64,000 bases of DNA from Hydrolagus colliei (Eukaryota): NCBI GenBank assembly GCA_035084275.1, contig CM068769.1:1426001-1490000 (forward strand), in the 5' to 3' direction. This document shows, one piece after another, positions 26,249 through 37,924 of this stretch; the stretch's first letter is position 1, and each line of letters begins with the position of its first letter. The notes under the pieces were generated by a model. That model did no database searches and was not told where the DNA came from. It worked only from the letters and a program-made list of their open reading frames with translations. Made by a program: the position numbers and the translations under genes.

Positions 26249-29200
26249 ATGGCACTGCGGATAGGTTCCCTGAACGTTAAGAGCGTTAAAAATTCCAAGC
26301 GTTGCGTAGCGACGCTTCATGGCCTATCCAGAGTCAAGGCCGATATTCTGTTTCTGCAGGAGTGCTGGATTCCACACTCCAACAGTTACAGAACTTGGGC
26401 AAAGTGGTGGGACCCCTACGGACCCTCTGTGTGGTCAGGGGGAAATGACACCCAGGCATCGGGTGTGGCGGTCCTACTGAGAGGGAAAAACCTCACCATC
26501 ACCGACTATAAGGAGGTGGTGGGGGGCAGAATCCGTGTGGTGGATGTGACGTACAATGAAGCCCCGATTAGGCTCATTAATGTGTACGCTCCATCAAAGA
26601 GGAAGGACCAGGTGGCCCTTTTCCGGATGCTACCTCCCTGGCTGCTTACACCCAAACCAGTCATCCTGGGAGGAGATTTTAATTGTATTCTGGAGAGAGA
26701 CGGGAGATCAACCAGATCTGATGGGGAGTTAAGGGCTGCGTCCAAGCTGCTCCAAAAAGTGGTTGCAGATGGACGTTTGAGTGACCTTTTCAAGGCTCCA
26801 GATGATGGGGCCCCCAAACTATTCACCTATTCTAACCCCAGTGGGTCGGTCTTCTCACGAATAGATTTTCTATTCGTATCGAGAAGACTAGAAGTGACTA
26901 AGACTGAAGTGAGGCCGGCGTCCCTTACCGACCATCGCCTCCTGCTGACGAACTTACTAGTTCACGGAAGCACGAGGAGGGGTCGAGGGACGTGGAAGCT
27001 GAACGTAAAGCTTTTGACCCGTAAGAATGTAGAGGAGTTGCGGAAGGAGTACCGAGGGTGGAAAACCTTGAGGGACTTCTGTGACTCCTCTACAGAATGG
27101 TGGGAAATGGTGAAGAGTAGAATCAAAGAATTCTTTGTCCGAAAAGGGGTTCAATTGGCAAAGGCCACGAACCGGGAAAGAGAGAGACTGCAGAAGGAGT
27201 TGCAAAAGCTCCTAAAGCAGCAGCTAGAAGGTATAGAGGTTAGGGAGGCAATTAAAGAGGTGAGAGACCAGCAAGGAGTGCTGCTCGCCTCGGAAGCCTC
27301 CAAGATCTTTTTCCGCTCCAGAGTGCGCACGATAGAACAAGACGAGAAGTGTACTAGCTTCTTCTTCCGGAAAGTGAACACAGGTAGCTCTGTGATTTCC
27401 GGGTTGAAGGATAGAGACGACTCTGTGTGCACAGAACAGGAAGACATGAGGAGGATCGCAAGATCCTTCTATGAGGACCTGTACCGCGAGAAAGCCACGG
27501 AGAGCATGGCCACTCGGGATTTTCTCTCTGCCCTCACCGAAGTGGTGGACGAGGGTAGTCGAGAACATCTGGATCGGCCGCTCTCGTTTGAAGAGCTGAC
27601 CAAGACGGTAGGTTCCCTCAGGACAGGTAAGACCCCGGGGAGCGATGGCCTCCCGGTGGAACTGTACTTAGTCCTGTGGGACGTGATCGGACCGGTCCTC
27701 CTGGAAGTGTACGAGAGTATGCTTCAAGAAGGAACCATGGCAGACTCGATGAGGAAAGGTAACATCACCTTGATCTATAAAGAGAAAGGCAAGAAGGCGG
27801 ATTTAAAGAACTGGAGACCTATATCTCTATTAAACGTAGACTATAAGATCTTAGCAAAGGTGATCTCAGAGAGGATGAAGACTGTCATGGAGCAGGTAAT
27901 TCACCCCGATCAGACCTGCGCGATGCCAGGCCGGAGGATCTCTGACAACCTTGGGTTGTTAAGGGATACCATCGCCTACGTGCAGGAGAGAGGGGGGAAG
28001 ACCTGCCTCATCAGTCTAGACCAAGAGAAAGCTTTTGACCGAGTATCTCATGACTATATGTATGAGGTACTTGCCAAAATGGATTTCGGACAAAGAATTC
28101 GCGATTGGGTCCACCTGCTCTACAGAGATATCTGCAGTGCAGTGATGGTTAATGGGAACGAAACGCTGCCCTTCCCCGTCAGGTCGGGAGTAAGACAGGG
28201 GTGCCCCCTCTCCCCTATCCTGTTTGTCTGTTGCATCGAGCCCTTTGCACAGGCAATCAGGAGGGAGCAGAACATCAAAGGCGTCATCATCCCGGGCAGC
28301 CAAGGCATGCAAGCCAAGGTGTCCTTGTATATGGATGATGTTACGGTCTTTTGCTCAGATCACCGATCGATTGAGAGCCTGATGGGTATCTGCAATCTGT
28401 TTGAACGGGCTTCGGGTGCCAAAGTGAATCGCCAAAAAAGTGAGGTGATGTACTTTGGCAACTGGCAAGACCGGGCGAAGGTACCTTTTGAGGTAAAACC
28501 AGAGTACATTAAAATCTTAGGCATCTTGTTTGGGGCCGCTGGGGCAAGGGGGAAGAACTGGGAGATGGTAATAGCGCAAATTAGGGGACGGTTGAAGCAG
28601 TGGCAGCAACGCACGCTTTCAATCACTGGGAAGAACCTGGTGATTAAGTGTGAGGCGATCTCTGGATTACTGTACGTGGCGCAAGTTTGGCCCTTGACCA
28701 AACGCAGCGCCACCGCAGTCACCAGAGCTATCTTTAGGTTTGTCTGGAGCTCTGGGATGGATCGTGTCCGCAGGGACGCCATGTACAAGACCCCAGACAA
28801 AGGAGGGAAGGGTGTCCCTGATGTAGCCAGGACTATCATGGCCATCTTTGTGTGTGGCTGCGTGAGGGTCTGCCAGGATCCAAGATATGAAGGCACTGCG
28901 TGCAGATATATGCTGGGCTTCTATCTGTACCCAGTGCTAAGAAGGTTAGGTTTGGCTGAGCTGCCACGGAACGCCCCTATGGGTTGGAATGTCCCGAGAT
29001 ACCTGGGGGAGATCGAGACATTCCTATCCGAGAACAGGGTGGATCCCTCTGAAGTTCCCAGGTGGACACCACGGACGGTGTTAGACATCATCCGAGAGAG
29101 AGAGGTGGACGAAACTTTGGTAGGGTACCCTCCGTTGACCGTTAGTCACATCTGGGAGAACGTTTCATCCCCAGCTCTGACTAACAAACACCAGGATGTG

Positions 29201-29653
29201 GCCTGTATGACGGTCAAGAGAGTTCTTGGACTCAAGAGCTTTCTGGCAAGAAGAGGCTTAGTGCAGTCAGAGAGTTGCCCTCGGGAGGGCTGTGGAGGGA
29301 AGGAGAATGAGGAACATCTGTTCCTGCATTGTGCCTTTGCCAAACAGGTGTGGAACAAGACAGAGTGGCTTCTCTCGCGGTTCATCCCGGGAGTCCCTCT
29401 GTCAGCCCACTCGGTGTTGTATGGCCTCTTCCCAGGAACACACGAAGTTACCGACCTACAATGTGCCTGGAGGGTCATCAACTCGGTCAAGCAGGCCCTA
29501 TGGGTCTGCCGCAACCAAGAGACCTCCGGACATGGAAATAGGTCAGTGTCGGCCTGTTACAGGAGGGCGATGGTAAGTGTTGGGGAATATGTCATCAGGG
29601 ACGCCCTGGAGATAGGCTCGGTCGAGGCTAAAGATAGGTGGGGTGTGTTTTAG
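26249..29653 (+). CDS. Tx1-like ORF2 polyprotein: AP endonuclease, reverse transcriptase and C-terminal CCHC zinc finger, 1134 aa, uninterrupted
   Basis: SLNVKS...LQE...NVYAP...GGDFNC...SRID...TDH (APE); WRPISLLNVDYKI, LDQEKAFDRV, GVRQGCPLSP, YMDD (RT); CPREGC...EHLFLHC. Confidence 0.95.
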   Translation: MALRIGSLNVKSVKNSKRCVATLHGLSRVKADILFLQECWIPHSNSYRTWAKWWDPYGPSVWSGGNDTQASGVAVLLRGKNLTITDYKEVVGGRIRVVDVTYNEAPIRLINVYAPSKRKDQVALFRMLPPWLLTPKPVILGGDFNCILERDGRSTRSDGELRAASKLLQKVVADGRLSDLFKAPDDGAPKLFTYSNPSGSVFSRIDFLFVSRRLEVTKTEVRPASLTDHRLLLTNLLVHGSTRRGRGTWKLNVKLLTRKNVEELRKEYRGWKTLRDFCDSSTEWWEMVKSRIKEFFVRKGVQLAKATNRERERLQKELQKLLKQQLEGIEVREAIKEVRDQQGVLLASEASKIFFRSRVRTIEQDEKCTSFFFRKVNTGSSVISGLKDRDDSVCTEQEDMRRIARSFYEDLYREKATESMATRDFLSALTEVVDEGSREHLDRPLSFEELTKTVGSLRTGKTPGSDGLPVELYLVLWDVIGPVLLEVYESMLQEGTMADSMRKGNITLIYKEKGKKADLKNWRPISLLNVDYKILAKVISERMKTVMEQVIHPDQTCAMPGRRISDNLGLLRDTIAYVQERGGKTCLISLDQEKAFDRVSHDYMYEVLAKMDFGQRIRDWVHLLYRDICSAVMVNGNETLPFPVRSGVRQGCPLSPILFVCCIEPFAQAIRREQNIKGVIIPGSQGMQAKVSLYMDDVTVFCSDHRSIESLMGICNLFERASGAKVNRQKSEVMYFGNWQDRAKVPFEVKPEYIKILGILFGAAGARGKNWEMVIAQIRGRLKQWQQRTLSITGKNLVIKCEAISGLLYVAQVWPLTKRSATAVTRAIFRFVWSSGMDRVRRDAMYKTPDKGGKGVPDVARTIMAIFVCGCVRVCQDPRYEGTACRYMLGFYLYPVLRRLGLAELPRNAPMGWNVPRYLGEIETFLSENRVDPSEVPRWTPRTVLDIIREREVDETLVGYPPLTVSHIWENVSSPALTNKHQDVACMTVKRVLGLKSFLARRGLVQSESCPREGCGGKENEEHLFLHCAFAKQVWNKTEWLLSRFIPGVPLSAHSVLYGLFPGTHEVTDLQCAWRVINSVKQALWVCRNQETSGHGNRSVSACYRRAMVSVGEYVIRDALEIGSVEAKDRWGVF

Positions 29654-30145
29654 TATGCCACTGCTTAGAACGTCAGGGATACTATCCGCAGTGCTTGTGG
29701 GGGGACGCTCGACCTGTAACCAGAGAGTGTCCCCAAGTGAAGGGTTTCTTTTGTAGATGCCTCTCCCCATAAAGGGGAGAGCATCGGTGGGTGTTTTTTT
29801 TTCCCCAAATGTCTGTTTCTGGTTTTTTGGCCTACCATCCGGTAAGGAAAGGATGGTGGAGCTGGGATTAGCCCCTTTGTAACTGCTCCCTGTAAAAAAA
29901 GGCAGCAGTGCAGAGAAACGAGGAGGCCTGACATAAGGAAATGTGGGGATTAGGCGTTTTTGTGTCGAGAACGACAGGTTTTTTGTTTTTTTTTCTCCAC
30001 AAAGACGGTGGAAGGTTTGGTTTTGTTGGGAGTGGTGATTGGGTTGGTTTTCTGTTCCGCGTGGGTACTGAGTCAAGGCCGATGCGGAATGTCACGGGAA
30101 AAAGGATTTAGGCGATTTAGATGTCACGGGGAAGGTTTAAAAAAC

Positions 30146-33056
30146 AAAAATGCAGAGGAAGTAATTTGTGCCTTAGAGTGCATGTATGTAAATGCACGAA
30201 GTTTGAGAAATAAAATTGGTGAGCTGCAGGCTCAGGTTGCTGCGAGGCGATATGATGTTATAGCAGTAACAGAGACTTGGCTCCAGCATGGGCAGGAATG
30301 GGAGTTGAACATTCCTGGTTATAATGTATTCAGGAGGGATAGAGAGGGGAGAAAAGGGGGCGGGGTGGCAATTTTAGTTAAGGACTCAGTGACTGCCTTA
30401 GAAAGGAACGAGGTGGAAGAAGGACTAAAAACCGAATCTATCTGGTTAGAATTGAGGAATAAAAAAGGTGCAGTTAAACTGTTAGGGGTATACTATAGAC
30501 CACCAAATAGTGGGGAGGAGATAGACAAGCAGATCTGCAAGCGTATCACAGAGAAATGCAGAACTAATAGAGTAGTGATAATGGGTGACTTCAACTATCC
30601 CAACATAGACTGGCAGAATAGTATAGTAAAGGGCAAGGAGGGAGAAGAATTCCTGAAGTGTGTGCAGGACAACTTTCTTGATCAGTATGTTTCCAGTCCA
30701 ACGAGGAAAGAAGCATTGCTAGATCTAGTTTTGGGAAATGAGCTAGGGCAAGTTCAACAAGTTTCTGTAGGTGAGCATCTAGGGAATAGTGACCACAATA
30801 TCGTTAGATTCAGAATAATTATGGAAAGGGATAAGGATCGATCACAGGTGAGGACACTCAACTGGAAAAGGGCTAATTTCAATGAGTTGAGGTGGGACCT
30901 AGCCAAGGTGGATTGGAAAGAAAAATTGGCAGGTAAGACAACTAACGAGCAGTGGGCAGCGTTCAAAGAGGAGATAGTTCAGGCACAGGTCAAAAGCATC
31001 CCCACAAAGGTAAATATAAGGCATCCAAACCTCCCTGGATGACGAAGGAAATCGGGGCCAAAATCAAACAAAAAAAAGAGGCTTATGATAAGTGTCAGGC
31101 TCAAAATTCAGAAGGGAACAAAGCAGAATACAGGAAGTGTAGGATAGAACTAAAAAATGAGGTTAGAGGGGCAAAGAGACTGCATGAAAAACAATTAGCG
31201 AGTAAGATTAAGGGGAACCCTAAGGTTTTTTACCAACATATTAAGAGTAAAAGGTTAGTCAAGGAGAGGGTGGGGCCAATTAGGGACCTAGGAGGAAATC
31301 TGATTGTGGAGGCAGAGGGCATGGCTGATGTACTGAATGAGTACTTCGCCTCTGTCTTCACAAAAGAAAAGGATACACCCAATGCCATGGTATTAGAGGA
31401 GAGGGTAGGAGAAATGGATAGAATAATTATAACCAGAGAGGAAGTGCTAAAAAGGTTGACGTCGCTCAAGGTGGATACGTCACCTGGTCCGGATGGGATG
31501 CACCCTAGGTTACTAAGTGAGGCACGGGAGCAAATAGCAGGGACTCGGGCCACGATCTTTCAATCTTCCTTGGACACAGGCGTCGTGCCAGAGGACTGGA
31601 GGATAGCTAATGTTACTCCCTTGTATAAAAAGGGGCAGAAGGACAAGCCTGGTAACTACAGACCAGTCAGTCTAATGTCGGTAGTGGGCAAACTTCTAGA
31701 GTCCATAATCAGGGACAAGGTAGATCTTCACTTAGAAAGATATAGGCTAATAAAGGACAGTCAACATGGATTTGTTAAAGGCAAATCTTGCCTTACAAAT
31801 CTGATAGAATTTTTTGATGAGGTAACGGAATGGGTGGATAATGGTAGCGCAGTTGATGTAGTTTACATGGACTTTCAAAAGGCATTTGACAAAGTGCCAC
31901 ATGAGAGACTTATTATGAAATTAAAGGCCCATGGCGTAAAAGGGACAGTGGCAGCGTGGATCCACAACTGGCTGCGAGACAGAAAGCAGAGAGTTGTAGT
32001 GAGCGGCTGTTTTTCAGATTGGAGGGAAGTGAGCAGTGGTGTGCCACAGGGATCGGTTTTGGGACCATTGCTGTTTGTAATCTACATCAATGATCTGGAC
32101 TTGGGTGTACGGAGTACAGTTTCCAAGTTTGCAGATGACACTAAGTTAGGGAGAATAGTAAATAGTGAGGAGGATAGTAGCCATCTGCAAGAGGATATAG
32201 ACAAATTGGTAAAGTGGGCAGACACACGGCAGATGAAGTTTAATGCAGAGAAGTGTGAGGTGATGCATTTTGGGAGAAGAAATGAAGGGAGGCAATATAG
32301 GCTAGATAGTACAATTTTAAATGGTGTAAAGGAACAGAGAGACCTGGGGATTTGTGTTAGTGACTCGTTGAAGGTGGCAGGACAGGTCGACAAGGCTGTT
32401 AAGAAGGCATATGGGATACTAGGCTTGATAAATAGGGGTATAGAGTACAAAAGTCAGGAAGTGCTGACTAACCTCTATAGGACTTTGGTGAGGCCTCAGC
32501 TGGAATACTGTGTTCAATTCTGGTCACCACACTACAGAAAGGATGTGAAGGCATTGGAAAGGGTACAAAGAAGATTTACTAGGATGGTGCCAGGATTGAG
32601 GGACTTCAGCTATGAGGAGAGGCTAGATAGGCTAGGTTTATTTTCTCTGGAGCAGAGAAGATTGAGGGGAGACCTAATAGAGGTTTATAAGATCATGAGA
32701 GGATTCGACAGGGCAAATAGAGAAAAACTATTTCCACTCGTCGGTGAATCTGTGACTCGTGGTCACAGATTTAAAATAGTTTCAAGGCGCAGTAGAGGGG
32801 AGCTGAGGAGAAATGTTTTCACTCAGCGAGTTGTTCGAATCTGGAATGCAATGCCTGAAAAGGTGGTGGAGGCTGATTCGACAACAACTTTTAAAAGGGA
32901 ATTAGATCTTTATTTAGGGAGAACGGGTCTATTAGGCTATGGGGAGCGGGCAGGGCAGTGGGATTGAATCGATCTTTTCAAAGAGCCGGCACAGACTAGA
33001 TGGGCCGAATGGCCTCCTTTTGTGCCGTAAAATTCTATGATTCTATGATTCTATGA
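30146..33056 (+). mobile_element. Young CR1, 5'-truncated at the ORF2 start; ORF2 complete except a 1-bp deletion frameshift near 31011
   Basis: ORFs 29960-31042 and 30952-32967 together give APE and RT; alignment to the 18.2 kb copy shows the lost base; (attctatg)n tail. Confidence 0.97.
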
Positions 33057-33059
33057 CAA

Positions 33060-33400
33060 ACTACGGCCGGTCTCAACACCGTCCTCTTCGATCTTGCCTG
33101 CTGCTGCGCTCCCAAATCCCTCCCATCCTACTCGAACTTTCTTCCCTACCCTTCCAAATCTCTCCCCTCCCCGTCCAACTCTCTGCCCCTCTCCTGCCAA
33201 ATCTAGACTTTTCCTCTCCCAACTCTCTACCCTTCCATTCCCAACAATCGCCGTCGATGCCAACACTCTACCTCCCGCACAAATCTCTCCCTCTCCTCCC
33301 AACACTCTCCCCATCTTCCACAATCTCTCTTTCCCCTTCCAACTCACTCCCTTCCCTGCCAGCTGTCCACCACCGCATTTGGATGTACTCCCATCGTCAA
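33060..33400 (+). mobile_element. Decayed L2 3' fragment and pyrimidine-rich tract
   Basis: ggccggtctcaacaccgtcctcttcga matches the L2 3' region. Confidence 0.55.
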
Positions 33401-34865
33401 ATTCGCTATATCAATTCAATTTTGTCGTTGCTTTATTCTAATAACAACAGCAGTGCATGACAATGATAATATCACGTATTTCATTTGTTCCACAATATAA
33501 TATACTTGTGATTCACTATATTTTGTCTGGAAATGCGGCAACGAACAGACTACAGCTGTGTTGCACAAGTAGTCTTGGATATGGTGACTAACACTTTTGT
33601 AAGGGAATGACAATCTTGCATTTGATATCATGCTTTTCACGTCTAATCGACGTCTCAAAGCGCTTCACAGAATATACAGTCAGGTGAATTGACGACATAT
33701 TTGTGGGCGAAACGCGGCAGCCAATTGTGCACAATAGTGTCGCACAATTAGTCGTGGGTTGAAATGACTAATTTAATTATTGTGGTTGTTAACAAGTTAT
33801 TAAGTCTCCCTGAAAAGAAATGCACAGTTTGACTACCAACAGGCGGCCAATTTATTCCTTGTTAAACAGAGTAATTTGGAAGATGGAAACATGCCGAAAG
33901 TTTCTCCTTGACGGTTATCAAAATAGGTGTCCTCTCTACGGAATCTTTGTTCCACAAATATACAGTCAATTCGCTTGATGGTGTGTAATATGTGAAGTGA
34001 TTCAAGACGTCGGTAAGATGTGAAAGGCGCTACATCAAATGAAAGGATTATTCTTACATTATTATAACTTTGTCTCACATTCCATTCTACACAGATGGAG
34101 CTTGACGTGTTGAATTCAAGCAATATCAGTATTTGTTTCCGTTTAAATTATGTTTCACTCACAAAACATTAAACTCAACAGAATATGTCGTTGTGTATAA
34201 TCAACATCCATTTGGATCACTGGCTCGAAATTATTTTGCCAAAAGAGCAAAGCCATTGAGAAAGTGAGTCATCTCAATAAAGCTGCACATGATACAGTGT
34301 GATATCTAAAAGAGGGACATCTACAAGTGCTGGGCAAGATATAGTGTGATGTGTACTGACAGTTTCTGTCTGCCAACTCGCTGTTAACTCAATTTACATA
34401 ATATTCACTGACACACGTTGAGACGTCCAGCAACATCAACAACAAAATTACAGTCGTACGGCGTCTTTCACATGAGGAGAACGTCCCAAGACGCTTCCTA
34501 GTTACTGCTACGGACCCGAGCTGAGGAGAGGTGGGGATGCGGGGAGGTGGGGTGTTGTGGCGGAGGAGTTCCGATAGATCCATCGAAGAGGAGAGTCTTG
34601 GGGCGAGACTCGAGGAAGGCCAGGGAGATATGATAATGCGCCCATAACCAAAATTAAAGATGATTATTGCTAATCTTTCTTCCACTCTTCTCCTATGTAT
34701 TCGATCACTTGTTCGCCTGTGGTTGGAAATGTAGTCACGTGTTTCCTGTGAGAGACACAGCAACAAATGTAGGATACGTCAAATAGGTCAACCGTCAGCA
34801 ATGACATCTTTGCTGTGATTAAACCCATTAACTCCCTTTGCAGGTTTATGTTCGGTGGTGTAGAG

Positions 34866-34904
34866 TGTTTTTGTACGAGTCTCAGGCTGGTTCGCATCAC
34901 TGTG
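34866..34904 (-). other. 23-bp-spacer RSS of V34.9 (CACAGTG-23-ACAAAAACA)
   Basis: Consensus heptamer at 34898-34904, nonamer at 34866-34874, spacer counted as 23. Confidence 0.95.
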
Positions 34905-35212
34905 TGGACGGAGAGCACAGTAATACACAGCGCTGTCAGACAACTCCAGCTGGGAGATAGTTAAACTGCTGAGTTTTGTCGAGGTCTGGAGTTCCATTGA
35001 GAATCGTTTATCAATAAAATCTGCTCTGTTTGCACTCCCACTGGAATGCTTCATGAGTATATACTGCGGTTGATTTCCCAGCGGTTCTCGATACCATTGC
35101 AAATAATAGCTGCTGAGAGATGTGTCATACTGACATTCCATGGTGACACTTCCTCCTTCTTTCTCGGTCACTGGAGCCGCCTTCTGTGTCACAGAGTCCC
35201 CTTGGGCCAGGC
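34905..35212 (-). CDS. TCR alpha/delta-like V exon (V34.9), intact
   Basis: ttcag acceptor; GDSVTQ...TMEC...LQWYR...DKRFS...SDSAVYYCALRP with Cys23, Trp41 and Cys104 present. Confidence 0.93.
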
Positions 35213-35233
35213 CTGAAATACACAAACACGCAG

Positions 35234-35830
35234 TCCTATAGATCAAGCGCTCGCTTCGCAAGCGAGAAGACCTGGGTTCGATTCCGGGGCAGGACACAAT
35301 AAATCGTCAGGCAAGTTTCCTAACAAGCATGCGTTTGTTTGCGTAGCATCAACTTGAAACCCAGTTGTTTGGCGATTGGCGGATTGGGTTTACCAAGGGT
35401 AATGATCCGTTTGAAAACACAGAAATTATTTAGTCATTCAATCAAAGATTGTTTGTGCGACACTTCTGTGAGATCATGGCTTTCCCGTTTCTTCCACAGA
35501 TTACATTACTCTTCACACAATATTCTGTGAAGTGATTGTATTATCTCTAACTGATGCTTGAGCCAATGCGTCGATTGTTAGTGATGTTATGAACCCTTTT
35601 GCAAGTTTTCTTAATCCACACGCCTACTACTAATCCCTCAACAAATACACAGTAATCAAATTGGTCATTTCAATCCACGACTGTTTGTGGGACATTGCTT
35701 GCGCAATTGGCTGCCGCGTTTCGCCCACATATATACAGTCAATTCAATTTGCAGTTTATTCTTCGAATCGCTTTGGGACGTTGATAAGATTTGAAAAGCG
35801 ATTCATAAAATGCAAGGATTAGTATTATTA
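35234..35830 (+). mobile_element. SINE with tRNA-Ala-like head, antisense in the V34.9 intron
   Basis: gcgctcgcttcgcaagcgagaagacctgggttcgattcc (anticodon arm and B box), then family core, body and tail. Confidence 0.8.
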
Positions 35831-35921
35831 ATAGTATTATCATAATGAAGAGTATACATACACGTAAACAAATCAACGGTTTTGAAAATTGATTAAAATG
35901 ACCACTGTTACACTATATTAC

Positions 35922-35973
35922 CTATTAAAATGGCAACCAGAGGCAGACGCCCATTGAATCTCCATATTGGCAT
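35922..35973 (-). CDS. Leader exon of V34.9 (MPIWRFNGRLPLVAILI-G)
   Basis: ATG, 17 codons + 1 nt, GTAAT donor; phase 1 matches the V exon; CRE-like TGACGC/TGACGT motifs at about 36045-36090. Confidence 0.7.
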
Positions 35974-37882
35974 CACTCACTGCAAAATTACGATGTTATG
36001 TGTGAAGTTATTGTTGTTGATCTGAGACATACAGCTCTGCGACAGGTGACGCTTGATGGCGATGACCTCACTTCCAAATCCTGTGACGTGGACATCAACT
36101 GATCAGTGTGCTAGCGATGTCAATAAGTCACACATCATCGTCTGGGGAAAGAGATGGGGGAGCGTATCTTAATTGAGTTAATTCAGTTTGGCGACAGACA
36201 TAGCGGCGACACTTAACATTGATCATATATCTGATATTTGATATTCCTTCCTGTTTTAACGATGATGAAACTTTAAGCGCTCCACACAATATACTGTCAG
36301 GTTTAATGACTTTAGAACATATTTGTGTGTTGTCATATGTTATATTGAACGACTAACAGTTGAGGAACTTACGCACGACGACATGTGGACTGGATACCAA
36401 TGGATCCGGGCTGGAAGCCGAGCAAAAACCCGTAGAGTCGCGAAACGCGGCAGCCAAATTGCGCACAGTCGTGTCCCACAAACAGTCATGGCAGTGGGTT
36501 TAGGGGAAAATGGGGGCGAAAATGGCAAGGGGAGGTGTCGGGGTAGGGAGAATAAGAGCAAGACCCGAAATCTTGACTCGATGTTCTTTAATCCATAGTT
36601 GATGCCTGGTCTGCTGATTGTTCCCAACCATTTCTGTTTTCGTTTCAGATTTCCAGCGTCTGCAATATTTTGCGTGTTTATTCAGGCAGAATCTATTGAT
36701 GGAAGTTCAGCTAGTTGGTCACACATATTGTGTAGCTATTACTGAATATAATCGGCTACGACTTAAGCGCTCGAGACACCGTCTGGCAGGAAGGACGCTA
36801 TGTAGATTCAAGTTGTTGTTGTTGATCTCTTCGTTCAAGTCAATTGTGGTCAGCCTCAACTGGGATCTTGGACGCATGTGGAAACCCATGAAATTGCTTA
36901 AGCATATCCAAACCAGATAGAGCATTCAATGTATACCATCATTACTGAAGGATTACTCGACAGTTATTAAGAGGCATGGGTTTGCCTCAGAGCAACGCAA
37001 AGTTTGGACAAGTTGATTTACTCCTCTGTTGTTGCCTGTTTAATCAGCAATATATTGGAACCAGGTTGTTAGTCGATTGGCCGATCACTAATTACGGATT
37101 AATAACCACTCAATATAGAACAATGATGGAAACAATGAATCCATAATTGCTCATGGTACACTGCTATCCTCATTTGGCTGCTGCGTTTCGCTCAAACAAA
37201 TTGCAGTCAATTCATATTATTGTGTATTCCGTGTTCCGTTTTGGTGCGTGCCGAAGACGTTATCAGTCGCTATTCTAAACACAAGGATCATTATTGTTGT
37301 CATCAATTCTGCGAGACGTCTCAAACGACTTCGCAAAATACAATGTAATGCGCATCGACAATATCAGTTTTAAAGTGGTGTGAAGTAAGAAAATCTACAT
37401 GGTGCATTCTCGCCCTCTATTGCCCAGTATATGACAATTCAACTCTATCGTAATATTTGATGCATAACGTGAAATAATGCAATCATTGAAACAATAATAT
37501 TGTGTAGTTGCCCGTGTCTTATGCCAGCTCAGAATAAGTAAAGTCGTAGCCTGTATATTTCTTGGGCGAAACTCGGCAGCCAATTGTGTAGACTACTGAC
37601 AAGCAAAGTTTAAGGGATGGAGTGAGCATTTATTATTTTTTATTTCGTGGCGAATTCTCTGCTCTGGAAAAACTAGTCGACGTAGAAATGGATTCCAGCT
37701 TCCAGCTAGACACACCGAAAATTCAGGAGTAAGACAATTGGGCCAACGTTTCTTCTAATCAGAGACTCAAGTCTCGGTCCCATTATTGAGGTGAAAGGGG
37801 CAGAGTTCACAGGGCTCGAAGACTTTATCAAGCATCCACTTGGTATTCAACCAGTGGATCAACCCATGTAAAATTCGTAGGC

Positions 37883-37919
37883 AGTTTCTGTGAGAATTGC
37901 TACGACATCTGTCACTGTG
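37883..37919 (-). other. Orphan RSS (CACAGTG-21-ACAGAAACT) separated from its V by an L2 insertion
   Basis: Heptamer at 37913-37919, nonamer-like sequence at 37883-37891. Confidence 0.6.
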
Positions 37920-37924
37920 GTGAG

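Larger units (their letters stand above)
22999..30145 (+). mobile_element. Near full-length Tx1/L1-clade non-LTR retrotransposon
   Basis: 5' UTR with repeated unit, gag-like ORF1 with three CCHC knuckles, intact APE-RT-CCHC ORF2, about 490-bp 3' UTR ending in an A-rich tract. Confidence 0.9.

Noticed and set aside
35234-35297. tRNA gene calls for this and other tRNA-like sequences (e.g. 12800-12870, 42665-42730, 43925-43995, 45800-45875)
   Set aside because: D arms or acceptor stems are broken and most continue into the SINE core and body; these are SINE heads, not tRNA genes
35971-36030. Alternative V34.9 leader (MSQINNNNFTHNIVIL, gtgagt donor)
   Set aside because: Phase 2 and poorly hydrophobic; the phase-1 exon at 35922-35973 fits better
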